Source: the human T2T-CHM13v2.0 reference genome, Homo sapiens
DNA length: 64,000 bases
Assembly (NCBI RefSeq): GCF_009914755.1
Contig: NC_060935.1
Strand: one strand, 5' to 3'
The position numbers and the translations under genes were made by a program. The notes below the pieces were generated by a model that worked only from the letters and a program-made list of their open reading frames with translations, was not told the DNA's origin and did no database searches. Of the stretch, positions 52,639-64,000 are shown in pieces (the stretch's first letter is position 1; every line of letters begins with the position of its first letter).

Positions 52639-52783
52639 GTTTTTTTTTTCTTTTTCTTTTTCTTTTGAGATGGGGTTTCACTCTGTTGCCCAAGCTGGTC
52701 TCGAACTCCTGGGCTCAAGTGATGTTTTTGCCTGGGCCTCCCAAAGTGCCGGGATTACAGGAGTGAGCCACCACACCCATCCC
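52639..52783 (-). mobile_element. FLAM_C-like Alu monomer
   Basis: Single left monomer with 'ctcctgggctcaagtgat'; near-TSD ggaagtaaact / ggaagcaaact. Confidence 0.88.
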
Positions 52784-53514
52784 TGAGGAAGCAAACTTGT
52801 TGAAGCAGTTTGGTCTTCTCACTGACTGAAGATGAGAGAAATCTTATCAGCTTGCTATCATGTGATTTTGGGAGAATTCTTCATACTTGCCTGGGGTTAG
52901 CTTGAGAATTGATCATCTTCCATGGAGTGCTTGAATCATTTCCCATAAGGCCCAGAAACGGAGCAATGAAAAGAGCTTAAGATAATGAAAAGGGCCAATG
53001 TCCACGAAGTTGGAAATTCAGTGTATACCATAATTCACAGACTTCTCCAGTATTAAATGAGTAAAGAAGGGGAGAAGCTAGGGGACTGCACTGAACTTCC
53101 TGCTGTTCTATTGTTTTGGTTAAAGCAGTAATTGCCCTCAACTCTTTTTTGGCTTCCCAAGCCACTCTCCAAAAAGCACCATCAAAATTTCCAAAGCAAC
53201 CAAGAAGTCTAAAGAGCAACCTGATGCTTTGAGTAAAACACATGGAGTTAATCATGGAAGTTTAGGTGCAATGCTTCCTACTCTTCCACAACCTACTTTT
53301 GATATACCCTTCCTCTCAGTATATGTATATCTCAGTATATGGAACCCGGCAGTATAATCTCTATCGAAAAATGTTTCATGCAAATGACTACCAGAATGAG
53401 AATCTTGGCACTGAATGATATCAGATAATTTGCTAAAGGTTGGTAAAATCTTGGTGAGCACTCAGGAGAAATGGCAAAAAAGAACAGAGTTGATGTGGTT
53501 TTTACCTGTAGTAA

Positions 53515-53790
53515 GAGAAGTATAGTGAAGTGGGTAGAGCGGAAGCTCTGGTCTCAGGGCCACCCAGGTTTGAATCCCATCACTACTACTTCCTGGCAGT
53601 GGAAATTTTGGGTGAGTGACTTAACCTCTCAGAGGCTATTTCATCATCTATAAAAGGAAAAAATGACAGAATCTCTGAAAGGGTTGTTATGATGATTAAA
53701 TATCGTAAGTAAAGTGTTTATCACAATGCCTGGCATATAGCAAGTTTTTAATTTAGTTGAGGCAGCTATTTTTATTATGACTTTTATAAT
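53515..53790 (+). mobile_element. MIR SINE (near full length)
   Basis: 'ggtttgaatcccatcactact...gtgacttaacctctc...aatgcctggcatatag'. Confidence 0.9.
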
Positions 53791-53814
53791 TATTAATATT
53801 TATTATTCTAGTAA

Positions 53815-54308
53815 GCTTCATTTGGAGATGTTTGGCTGCTACATTTAGTTCTGGATGACACATTGTAAGAAGGCTATATAATATGAATGAGAGAGAAATT
53901 AAAGAAGTTTTCACCAGATGTATCATGAAATCATGTTGCCCAAGGACTGAGTGTGAAAGTTACAGCCTTGGAGAAGCATCACATTGGACTTCAACTATTG
54001 ACAGGCCTCTCATTTGTAAGAAGGGTCAGGCTTGCTCATTGCAGCCACAGATAAAGAACTAATCAGAGAGAATAGAAATTACAGGTACCTATATCTCAGG
54101 TCGATGTAAGAAAGAATTTTCCTCAGAACTATCAGAAGGGAGAAGGGCTATGTGGTAAGGTGGCAAATTTCCTGTCCATGGAGATGCTTACATGTGGAAG
54201 ACCAGTTGCCATGGGTATTACGCCGGGTGGATACAGTTCAACTATTCAATGAATATAGGATTAGGTGGTTGTCCAAGGCTCCTTCAATGTTGAGATTTTC
54301 TGATTCAA
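53815..54308 (+). mobile_element. L3/CR1 LINE 3' fragment
   Basis: 'agttctggatgacaca', 'gatgtaagaaagaattttc', 'tcctgtccatggag', end 'aaggctccttcaatgttgagattttctgattc'. Confidence 0.75.
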
Positions 54309-55504
54309 GGAGAAAGAAGAAGAAAAAGACAATAAAAAATGCCAAAAGGAAGAAAAGGAGGGAGGCAGCCATCCCTGTTTCATTTGTTTTCTCCCTCCCT
54401 TCTGGGGAGTGTGGGATTTAGCAAGGGCCACCACTAGCCCATAAAGTAACTTTGTCCAACTTCAAAAATGGCACCCCTTCTGAGCTGATGTAACATCATG
54501 TGTTCAGGGCTTGACAATGTGGGGGTGTCCTTGTGAAAATTATAAAAAGAAGTTTCTTCCTCTGGGCAGAGGCATTATGAGAGGAATGAACACTGAATTT
54601 CAGTCCCCTCTTGCCTTCTCAATCTGCACCACTGTATGTGGCAATGCTGGCTTTACCTTTCTGGCCCTTTCAGTGTGTGTGTGTAGATAGTCTTTCTCCT
54701 CAGACCATTGTTACCCGGTTGGAGATGGAGTCTAGGCACTGCTTTCCCTTTCTAAGTCAAGCAAGAGAAACTGGTAGTTGCCTTTAAGTCTTTTTCAGCT
54801 CTTAGAACTTGGGAGTGTGACTTGAGCAACATGATCATTATACCCAAGAGCATGTGCTTAGAAGAAAGCAAAAATCTGTGGAAAGCATTATAGAATATTG
54901 GATCAGTAATGATGGATGTTTATGAGTTTTGGCTACCAGCATACGTTTTCCTGCTTTATAGTATCCCAGTTTCTCCTTGTGTCTGTAACTGAGGTGAGAG
55001 ATTAATGCTGGGGGCTCATCTTCTACATATCTTTCCTCTCCCTGTCCTCTCAGCCAGGATTTGAGCATGTGAATGGAGCCTGGTCAGTCAGGCACGATCT
55101 TCTCTCCTGAGACCTTGAATGTTGGGCTGGTCTGGAACCAAGTTAAATAACAGGAAGTTATTCACCTACCTGCCTGTCTTCCCCAGGTACCATAGATTTC
55201 TGTGTCTCCTGCTCTGCTTCCTACCTTCAGCTTCTTGTTCTCCGGCATCCCTTCAATTCTGTGAGCCCCCTCTTTCGCTTCATGTAATCTCCTCGTTGCT
55301 TTTGTTGTAAATGATAGATTTCTGTTGCTTGCAACCAAGAACTCTGAAATACCAATATTAAAGTTGAAAATAGCAGCACTTGTTAATGATATGAATGGCT
55401 CATAAATCATAAAATCTCTACTACTAAAAAGACTAAATTGTTTTCATGCTGAGATGGTGTATCACCTCCTGGCCCAAACTCCATTCCTGAAATAACAAAA
55501 ATTA

Positions 55505-55740
55505 TGATGTTAGCTTTATATTTATTGAGCATTAATTGACTGTTGAGCTAAGTGCTTTACATAGAACATCTCACTTAATTCTCACAACTCATCCAAAATA
55601 AATATTAAGATTTTACTCATTTTATAAATAAAGAAACTGAGGCTGAGAGTGACTTGCTCAAAATTGAGGTAGAAAGTGGCAGAGCCAATATTTGAACCCA
55701 TGTCTGAGTCACTCCAGAAACTCTGCTTATAACTACTGCG
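55505..55740 (-). mobile_element. MIR SINE
   Basis: 'ctcacttaattctcacaac...cattttataaataaagaaactgaggct...tttgaacccatgtctg'. Confidence 0.87.
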
Positions 55741-58384
55741 CTGTTCTGTCTCTTCTTCTGCCTGACTGACTTACACGTGGGGAACATTTTTAAAAATATT
55801 TCTTCGAACGATGAAATAGTCATGATAAATCAAATAATGAGAAATTGAAAAAAAAAACCCACGCATAAATTGTGAATTAGCTTCAGGAAAAGGCAAATTC
55901 AGCTTATTTACAGAGTAGCTGGCTGTGTCTTAGCTTTCGATATTTATGTGTTACCCTTGGGACTCCCCGTTTCCCCCTGTTTTGGGTGCACAGTGCATGG
56001 GAGCAGCCATGTATTTCAGCTGGGTCTTTCCTGCCTGTTAAATATCTATTGGGCTAAGCACTCTCCAAGCTCCCAGCAAGTTCATTAGTTACCTGAAAAT
56101 ATCTACCTCATCTGTCATCAGCACTCAAATGGCCTGAGGGATTTTTCATTTCCACTCCATTTTCCAAACTCTTTCTAGCATTTACCTCCCACATCTGGAA
56201 TCAATCCTGACCAGCAGCAAAATGCTGAACAGCCGGGCTCCTCCCAGGGCAGACTTTCTTTCTCCCAAGGAGAGACAAGAATACATCGCATATGAATTAG
56301 CCATTCTCTTCTAGGGAAAACTGGCAGCAGAGGCAGCTTCTGCATTCTAATTTGCTCATCTAACCCCTTCATCTTTACTTGTTTAAGCAAAATATTTAGT
56401 TTAACATTTTCAGTCATTAGAGCTGAAAAAACACACATATTTTTAAACTAGATTTTATTTGTGTTGCAAATTGTGAGTATCCTTCAAAAATATCCCAGCT
56501 CGTTATCCCTTTACTCCCTTGGTAGAAAAGATTTTTAGACAACAGTCTTAGGAAACATCACTGACTTCCAAGCCTCAGTACCATTGCCCCACCACTGTTG
56601 CCGTCACCACTTCCTAGAGAAAAGAGAGTATCAGTTTGCCAATGACAACTAACTCAATTCCAAGGATGATTTAAACATTTGATTTTATGTTATTTTGGGG
56701 ATTGTTTTTGTTTTTGTTTCTAGATAGTGTGGAGGCCAGCTTCATAGACTTCTAGAATTGCTTTCTAGGGGACAACATTCAGATCCTTGTGAAGGAAATA
56801 TAGTTAATTTATTATAGATTATTATTTTCCTTTTGGTGGGGAAGGACTGCATAGGAAAAGCTGACCTCAAGAAACTAAACTCCACACATCTTTTTACAAT
56901 TATTCTTGAGAATATCTTCATGAAAAAATCACAAAAAGTAAATGGCACCAAAGCTGCTTTCTGACAGCCCCTAAGAAAATATGTATGGGACATGCAGATG
57001 GGAAAAGTCAATCTCTTAATTGGATGAACTGCATAATTTTACTAATACAGCACATCCTGCCCTTAATTTTAAATCATCCAAAGTTGTTTTTTTTTTTTTA
57101 GTTCTAGAAGAAACAGCAATATAAAAAAATTCAAAATGGCCAACATATCTCAAGATATAGCCCTCAGCACCTGCAGGGTGATTATCTCTGCTGACAAAGT
57201 GAAATATTACTATGGATAATAGAAAGTTACAAAAAAATAGAGAGAAAAACTAATGAGAGGCAATCAGGAAGCTAGAAAGGCAGTTTTCTACAAAAGATTT
57301 CCTAATTTAAGATAGTGAATAATGTGCTTCTGCTCCCTTTAAGGTCAATAATCTGATCATCAAGTGTTTTGAGTTGTAAACAATTTTGAAATATCTACAC
57401 CGCACCGGGCATTGTGCGAAGTCTCTTCTCAAGTTAACACATCCACCATGCTCCCAGCGCGTGCACCAGGCACTGTGGGGATGCAAATGAACTGCAAGAG
57501 CCTGCTCTGTCCTTTTCTTACATAACTAGCCAATGCAATGGTGAAACCCCTGAGAAAGCAAATCCAACCTCCGGATTGAGGGGATAAAAACAATGTGAAC
57601 AGTAAGCTCTTTGAAAAGAAAACCGCTTCCCTATGGTAGAAAATAAGGGGGAAGGGGGCCCATGCAGGGAGCCCAGCAAGCAGAAAAGGTAGGCCCTAGG
57701 GAGTGTGATATTACACAGGAACATAATGGGGTTGACTGCATACTTGTCTAATTACTGGAGCTATTAAAATCTCTATAATTTAGATTCAGTCAAAAAAAAA
57801 GGCTCGTATAAATGCACACACATGCTCCCGATTGGATTTTATGAATCCATTCCTCTCGATTCTAAAAGGACACCACCCTGCTGTGTACATGTGGCTGCTA
57901 AACCTGAATGACCTTCTCCCCCTGGCCCTGCCCTTGCCCCCTGACTAGTGTACTCTGTTACTGTAATAAGCAGTTCGGTTAGATAAGGCGATGCTTGATG
58001 GAATCATCTGTGTTGAAGCCGAATTATAATGCCTCAGTCAACGGATTTAATCTAAACCAAATGTTTTGGGATTCTGAAAGCTCCAGGAGCAGAGAAAATA
58101 TAAGTTTTATATTTGCTGAAGTTCAAACAGAGAGCAGACGGAGAGATTCCAGAAGCTCAGAGAGTGGTAGCAAAAAAAAAAAAAAAAAAAGTGTTGTTTC
58201 TCCTGAGTTCAATCAAAGGAACAAGTAGGGTGCACTTTGCATTCACCTTCTCCTTTTGTTTTCTCTTCTATGAACTTTCCTTTCTCTTGACATATTATCT
58301 GCTAATGTCAAAATGAACTTGATACAGTAAGTACGTAGCATATGGTAGGTGCTCAATAAACACTTCTGGAATAAACAAATGGGC

Positions 58385-58580
58385 CATGGTTAGTGTAGGG
58401 GTTTAGTGTCCACGCTGTTAGTCTCATACTTCTCTAACCCCTTTCTTAGCCATGAGTTGAGGCAAATTTACTTAACATCAGGGCCTCAGTTTCCAGATAT
58501 GCAAAGTGGAGCTAATAACAGTTGTGTGGATTAAACAGGTCAATGCATCTAAAGTACTAGCATAATGTCTGATCCATAGA
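58385..58580 (+). mobile_element. MIR SINE
   Basis: 'ggcaaatttacttaac...gcctcagtttccagatatgcaaagtgg'. Confidence 0.7.
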
Positions 58581-58589
58581 TGGTAGTTT

Positions 58590-58913
58590 CCTAGCTAACC
58601 TTCATTAGCTTTCACACCTGTGCTCTTACCTACTGGGCAAGACTTCCCCTCCTGAGAACACTGGCCATTTCCTTTTAACTGGTCTTCCCCACACCCTTCT
58701 TTCTTTGTTTTAGTTAAAGATGGGATTTAAGCCTGAAACTTAGACCACCTCTTTGAGAATTCCTCATTTCCTGGGCACCTCCCATATATAAATGGGATAT
58801 ACACATTAATAAACTTCTGTTTGTGTTTCTCTTGTTAGTCTGTCTTTTGTTAGTGGTCTGTCCCAGCTAAGAACTCAGAAGGGTTGAGAGAAAGTTATTT
58901 TTCTTCCTCTACA
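58590..58913 (+). mobile_element. MER34-family LTR, 3' half
   Basis: 'ccacctctttgagaatt...aataaacttctgtttgtgtttctcttgtt...ttcttcctctaca'; similar to 43411-43605. Confidence 0.8.
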
Positions 58914-60134
58914 GTACATATGCCTAATTTTGAAGACTACTACTTTCATTAAAAACACAGAAAAAGTACTTTTCCATGCTTCATTTTATCTGATGATAAA
59001 AATAACTTTTTGGGGCTGAAGGGAAATATTACTATTCTCATTCCACAGATAAGAAAATAGATATGTCCCATGGGTGGTGAGAATCAAGCTACAGTTGAAA
59101 CTCAACTCTACATTTGATACTCAACAAAGGTTTAACGAGCACCTACTGTGTCCCAGGCACCATGCTGGGCTCTGGAAACAAAACAGTGGATAGCGGTCTT
59201 GAAGGGCATCTTCAGGCTCCTAGTCTAGTGCTCTTAATAATCTGATAATTTAGCCAATGACATTGACATTAATTCATAATCCAATATGTTTTTACATATC
59301 AAAATTTAATAGCTTTAAGGAGGTTTCTAAATACCTTAAAAGGAGTCAGAAGACACTTTTTGCAGGATTTATAACTAAAACTACAGTAAACAGTGACTAA
59401 ATTAACAGAAGTACAGTTGTAACATGACTTGGGAATAAAATCATTGGAAAGTCATCTGAACGCTTGGCAACATCACCATCTTAGATAAGAGATAAATGCA
59501 CTAAAAGTGTAGCAGTGGAAATAGCTGGGGGTTCCAACCCAAGGTGCCCCATTTTTCCATGGCCAAACAGCAGGGATTTCCAGGTAGGCTCTGTGCGTTT
59601 ACAGGCCACTCCTCTGCTGAGTTTCAATCCCCAACTGCCAGGCCTGTCAGTGTTCCCTATTATTCTCCTGACAGACAAAAGGAAAGCAGTATGTATTCCT
59701 TCTGCCTGTAACAGGAGCCAGCAAAATGGCTTTGTGATTGTGAGACATGTCAACTTAATTAGCTTTTTTCCTTCCAGGTAATAAGGGTTTTCTCCAAGGA
59801 ATGACCAAAATTAACAACGCAGTTTGAGGAAGTTGATATTTCCTTCTCTTTTCCCACTTAAGATTCCTAGATGCAAAAATCACACCCACACATGCTAATA
59901 AATCTACATGGTTTATTGTTTTTGAATAAAACAAAATAAGATATTACTACAGAGAAAGTTAGAATCACTTCATCTGACGCGTATTTAGAAATCATCCATT
60001 TGAGAAGTCCAGATTACGTATCCCCCACACCTTAAAGATTATGGAAATGAGAAATATCTTCTCTTTTATCAGAACTTCTTTATTTGGAAAGTTCTGTGAC
60101 AAACATCCACAGTTCTGTGCACAAACATTTTTTG

Positions 60135-60494
<360 letters not shown>

Positions 60495-61249
60495 TCAACT
60501 TGAGAACTGCTTCATGATTGCCTGTCGAAGTCTCAAATGTTGTCAATTCATCTATAAGTAATTTCACATAACTTTTGGATGTTTCTTCAAACTTGGGATT
60601 TGAAACCAATATGTATAATCATCAAAGATATATTTTAAGGATATAAGATGTCTAGTTTATACCATGACATTTCTTTCATTTGCACAATTTCGAGAAGTGT
60701 TTCTTTCCTCTGAAAAGCAGAGAGGACTATCCCAGTATAACTCCATTTAATTTCACTCTGAGGATTGTAGTTTCTGAGCAGCTGACTGAAAGGAAATTCT
60801 ATAAAGCAGATCCTCTATTCCCATTGTACTGTTGTAATTTTGGTTTGCGGCTCAGGCCAAGAGTAGAAGAACTGAACCTCATGTCCCCATCATGTTGCTG
60901 TGGGGTGGGACTGATGAGTTTTATCAGTGAGCCCTTGTGGGTAGAGCTCTGTCCCAAGTAAATAAAACCAAGGGTGTTCCTGCCCTCTAGGCACTTATCA
61001 TTTAGTTGGGGAGACAAAACATGCAGTCAGTGTATATGCTTTTTTTTTTTCCAATAAGCCACACGATAAACTGGAAAAATTTAGAGAATGTATACAGATT
61101 TCACTGGCATACAAAATGTCTATGGCTAACAATGCTCTCGATTATGGTATGTCATACTATGAATTTATGGATATATTGTCTCATTTTTCAATGTTCATTC
61201 TTCAAAATAGGCCCATTGAAAAAACTGAGTTATTTTGAAGGATAAATTT

Positions 61250-61468
61250 ATTTTTTATTTTTTATTTTTTGCAGAGGCCTCCACTTTTTATTTCAGTTGT
61301 ACTCATCTGTCCCACTGTGCAAATGGAGTCACACGCTCACTCAATTCTGAGAGGCCTGGCCAAGGCAAAGAGAAAAGATGCCCAGAGCAGTCTGTTAGAG
61401 TTGCATTCTCAGACTAATATCTTTACAGTCTTGAGAAATCACTGTCAGGGTTTATTTAAAATGCAGAT
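61250..61468 (-). pseudogene. Short retroposed non-Alu/non-L1 sequence (5'-truncated processed mRNA end or orphan 3' transduction)
   Basis: 17-bp direct repeat ttttgaaggataaattt at 61233-49 and 61469-85; (A6T)3 tail at 61250-70; AATAAA on minus strand at 61287-92, 16 nt before the tail. Confidence 0.72.
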
Positions 61469-61649
61469 TTTTGAAGGATAAATTTTACGACTAATTTTTT
61501 TTAATAAACTATGCAGGATTGTTATTTAGAAGATTTGCCAAATTTAGAGTCTTCAGCGATGGAAATAATTGGCCTTCTTGTCACAGTCTTCTGTTTATAA
61601 GTGGGTAAAGAAAGTTTTCTTTCCTGTAAGGTAGAGAGAGAAACAAATC

Positions 61650-61717
61650 TATATATATGTATATACATGAACACACGCACACACATACACACATTTATAT
61701 ACACACATAGTATATAT
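61650..61717. repeat. Imperfect (TA)n/(CA)n microsatellite
   Basis: Read directly from the sequence. Confidence 0.85.
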
Positions 61718-62219
61718 GAAGTTCAGTAGAATTTGCTATTGAAAAAATTATCAGAATAGGTGCATTAAACTTGATAGGGTTTGTAAAATTTATAGAGGCA
61801 TCCCCTTCAAGGCCTGATGTGAGTTATGAAATCTAATTTTGTTTTCATAGCTCTGTGATAAAATTTTATCAATGTTATAAAAGGGGTCTTTACTAAGACT
61901 GACCGGAAATCTGAACTATCTGGCCAGGCAATAAAAACACATTCCTTAGCAGCAAAGTGTCAGACAAGCAAGGTTTAACTAAAATTGATCGATAAGTCTT
62001 CCTTTTACAGTTGAGTGCATTCAATTTACCTCATAGGATAATAGTTTTTTTTTTAATGGTTTTTCCATTAATATCAGACATCAGTGTTAGTAAGGAACAA
62101 GAAAGACATAAAAGAGAGAGGCATGTCATCAAGAAAGAATGTTGCAATCTTTAATGGTAGGGCACTTGTGCTATGAAGAAGGCTTGTGTGGGTGAGGTTT
62201 GGGGATTTTTGTTACTGAT

Positions 62220-63051
62220 TATTATGGGTTGAATTGCATTCCCCCAAAATTCACATGTCAAAATCCTAACCCCCAGCACCTCAGGATGTGATCTTATTTG
62301 GAAATAAGATCATTGCAGATGTAATTAGGTAAGATGAAGTCACACTAGACTAGGGTGGGCCCCTAATCCAGTATCACTGATGTCCTTACAACAATGGGAA
62401 AATTTGGACCCAAGGACACAGGAAGAATGTCACATAAATATGAAGGCAGGGATTGAGGTGATGCTTCTACAACCCAAGAAATGTCAAAAGATTGCCAGCT
62501 TTTCTTAGTCTATTCAGGTTTCTATCATGAAATAACATAGACTGGGTAGCTTAGAAAAAATACAAATTTATTTCTCACTGTTCTGGAGGCTGGGAAGTCT
62601 ATGATCAAGGTGTCGGCAGATTTGGTGTCTAGTGAGGGCTTGCTTCCTGTTTCATATGGTGCCTGGTTCCAATGGTGCCTTCTTGCTGTGTCCCCACATA
62701 GTGGAAGAGGCATGGCAGCTCTCTTGGGCTTATTTTATAAGGGCACTAATTCCATTCATGAGGCTACTGCCCTCATGACTTAATTAGCCCCTAAGGGTCC
62801 CAGCTCTTACTACTATTACATTGAGGATTGGGTTTCAACATATGAATTTTGGAGGGACACAAATTTTCAGTCCACAGCACCAGCAAATCATCAGAAACTA
62901 AGGAGAGGAATGGCACAGATTCTTCCTCATAGCCCTCAGAAGGAATCAGTGCTGCCAACACCTTGATCTTGGACTTCCAGCCTTCAGAACTGTGAGACAA
63001 CACACTTTTGTTGTTTAAGCTACCCCTCTTGTGGTACTTAATTATGGCACC
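62220..63051 (+). mobile_element. MLT1B-like MaLR LTR split by MLT1A0
   Basis: 'ttatgggttgaattgcattcccccaaaattc'...'cagccttcagaactgtgagacaa'. Confidence 0.87.
62500..62879 (-). mobile_element. MLT1A0-like MaLR LTR nested in MLT1B
   Basis: Perfect 5-bp TSD ccagc (62495-99, 62880-84). Confidence 0.88.
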
Positions 63052-63345
63052 TACTGTGGTCTGAATATGACTTCCAAAAGTCATGTTCTGTAAACTGACT
63101 CCCCAATGCAACAACGTTGGGAAGTGGGGCATTTTGAGAGGTATTTGGGTCATGAGGGATTTACCCTCATAAATGGATTAATGCTGCTATAAAAAGGGCA
63201 TGTGGGAGTGGGTTTGCTTTCTCTTGCCCTTCCACTTTCTGCCCTGTGGGGAAGCAGTAAGAAGACCCTCACCATACACCAGTGCCTTGATTGTGATCTT
63301 GGACTTCCCAGCCTCCAGAAATGTGAGAAATAGATTTCTGTTCTC
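63052..63345 (+). mobile_element. MSTD/MLT1A-like LTR, 3'-truncated
   Basis: 'tactgtggtctgaatatg...gggtcatgagggatttaccctcataaatggattaatg...cagcctccagaaatgtgag'. Confidence 0.8.
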
Positions 63346-63559
63346 ACACCTTGGGTTGGGCATCCAAATGTAGCTTACCTTGCCTAACTCAGTTGTCATC
63401 AGGAAAGTCATCCAAATAAGCGGCAACTAAACCATAAAAATGATCACTTCAAGGCATCTAGTGAACTCATTTTCAGAATTACCAAGACCACATCTAACAT
63501 TTCTATTGCACTGAAAACTTACAAGGGGTTTCTAGGGAACCTAAATGGAAAAAGCAGGC

Positions 63560-63792
63560 TTTGAGGTTAGGCAGATTTGGGTATAAATCCCAGTTCTGCC
63601 ACTTATTGGCTGGTGCCTTTAGCAAAGATATTTCACTTCTTGAAAGCCCAGCTTTCCCGTCTGTAAAATGTAAAAGTAGTAGAAGAAATATCTACTTCGT
63701 AGGGTGGTTGTGAATACTGAATGAGACAGACAACATTTATGTAAAAGTCCATTATGGTGCCCGGTACAGGTAGACACTCTAAAAATGTTAGT
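63560..63792 (+). mobile_element. MIR SINE
   Basis: 'aatcccagttctgccacttattggctg...gtctgtaaaatg...agggtggttgtga'. Confidence 0.87.
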
Positions 63793-64000
63793 GCCCTTCT
63801 CTTCCTGTGTTGATGATCTCATTTGAGTCTTATGCCAAGAAACTTTCCCAAGACTGCAGGAAGGTAAGACTCAAGTCAGGCCTTTGTCTCCAAGTCCAGG
63901 AATCTTTCCCTGGAAGGAGTGACCTCCAGACCTTGGCTACCACAAAGTCATGCTATGACCTCCCTCTGTTGCTCTGGTGAGATTTAAATTGGGCTTCTGA

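Noticed and set aside
60090-60128. Short direct repeat agttctgtg(c)acaaacat just before the Alu
   Set aside because: Both copies lie on the same side of the Alu, so it is not a TSD; minor slippage duplication

Overview
Primate (most likely human) non-coding genomic DNA dominated by interspersed repeats. These include a 5'-truncated L1PA8, a 3-kb L1MC1 nested in an older L1ME, L1MC4, L2, CR1/L3, many MIRs, several Alus/monomers, a full-length MSTA MaLR provirus, about a dozen solo LTRs (several nested, with visible target-site duplications), hAT/Tigger MITEs and microsatellites. Repeat families were named by eye from remembered consensus sequences, so subfamily labels and many boundaries are approximate. 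I recognised no intact protein-coding gene and could not identify the locus; the ORF track is explained by L1/Alu/LTR remnants, microsatellites and chance. The most notable items are: (1) a ~220-bp non-Alu/non-L1 retroposed insert (17-bp TSD, AATAAA, poly(A) tail) at 61233-61485, which may supply the 3' end of a candidate minus-strand terminal exon; (2) a perfect 21-bp-stem hairpin at 17792-17845; (3) a cluster of serial hairpins at 42169-42261; (4) two old local inverted duplications; (5) a perfect 48-bp tandem duplication inside an ancient L1; (6) a strong CTCF motif and candidate enhancer motif clusters. I found no evidence for a new multi-gene system.
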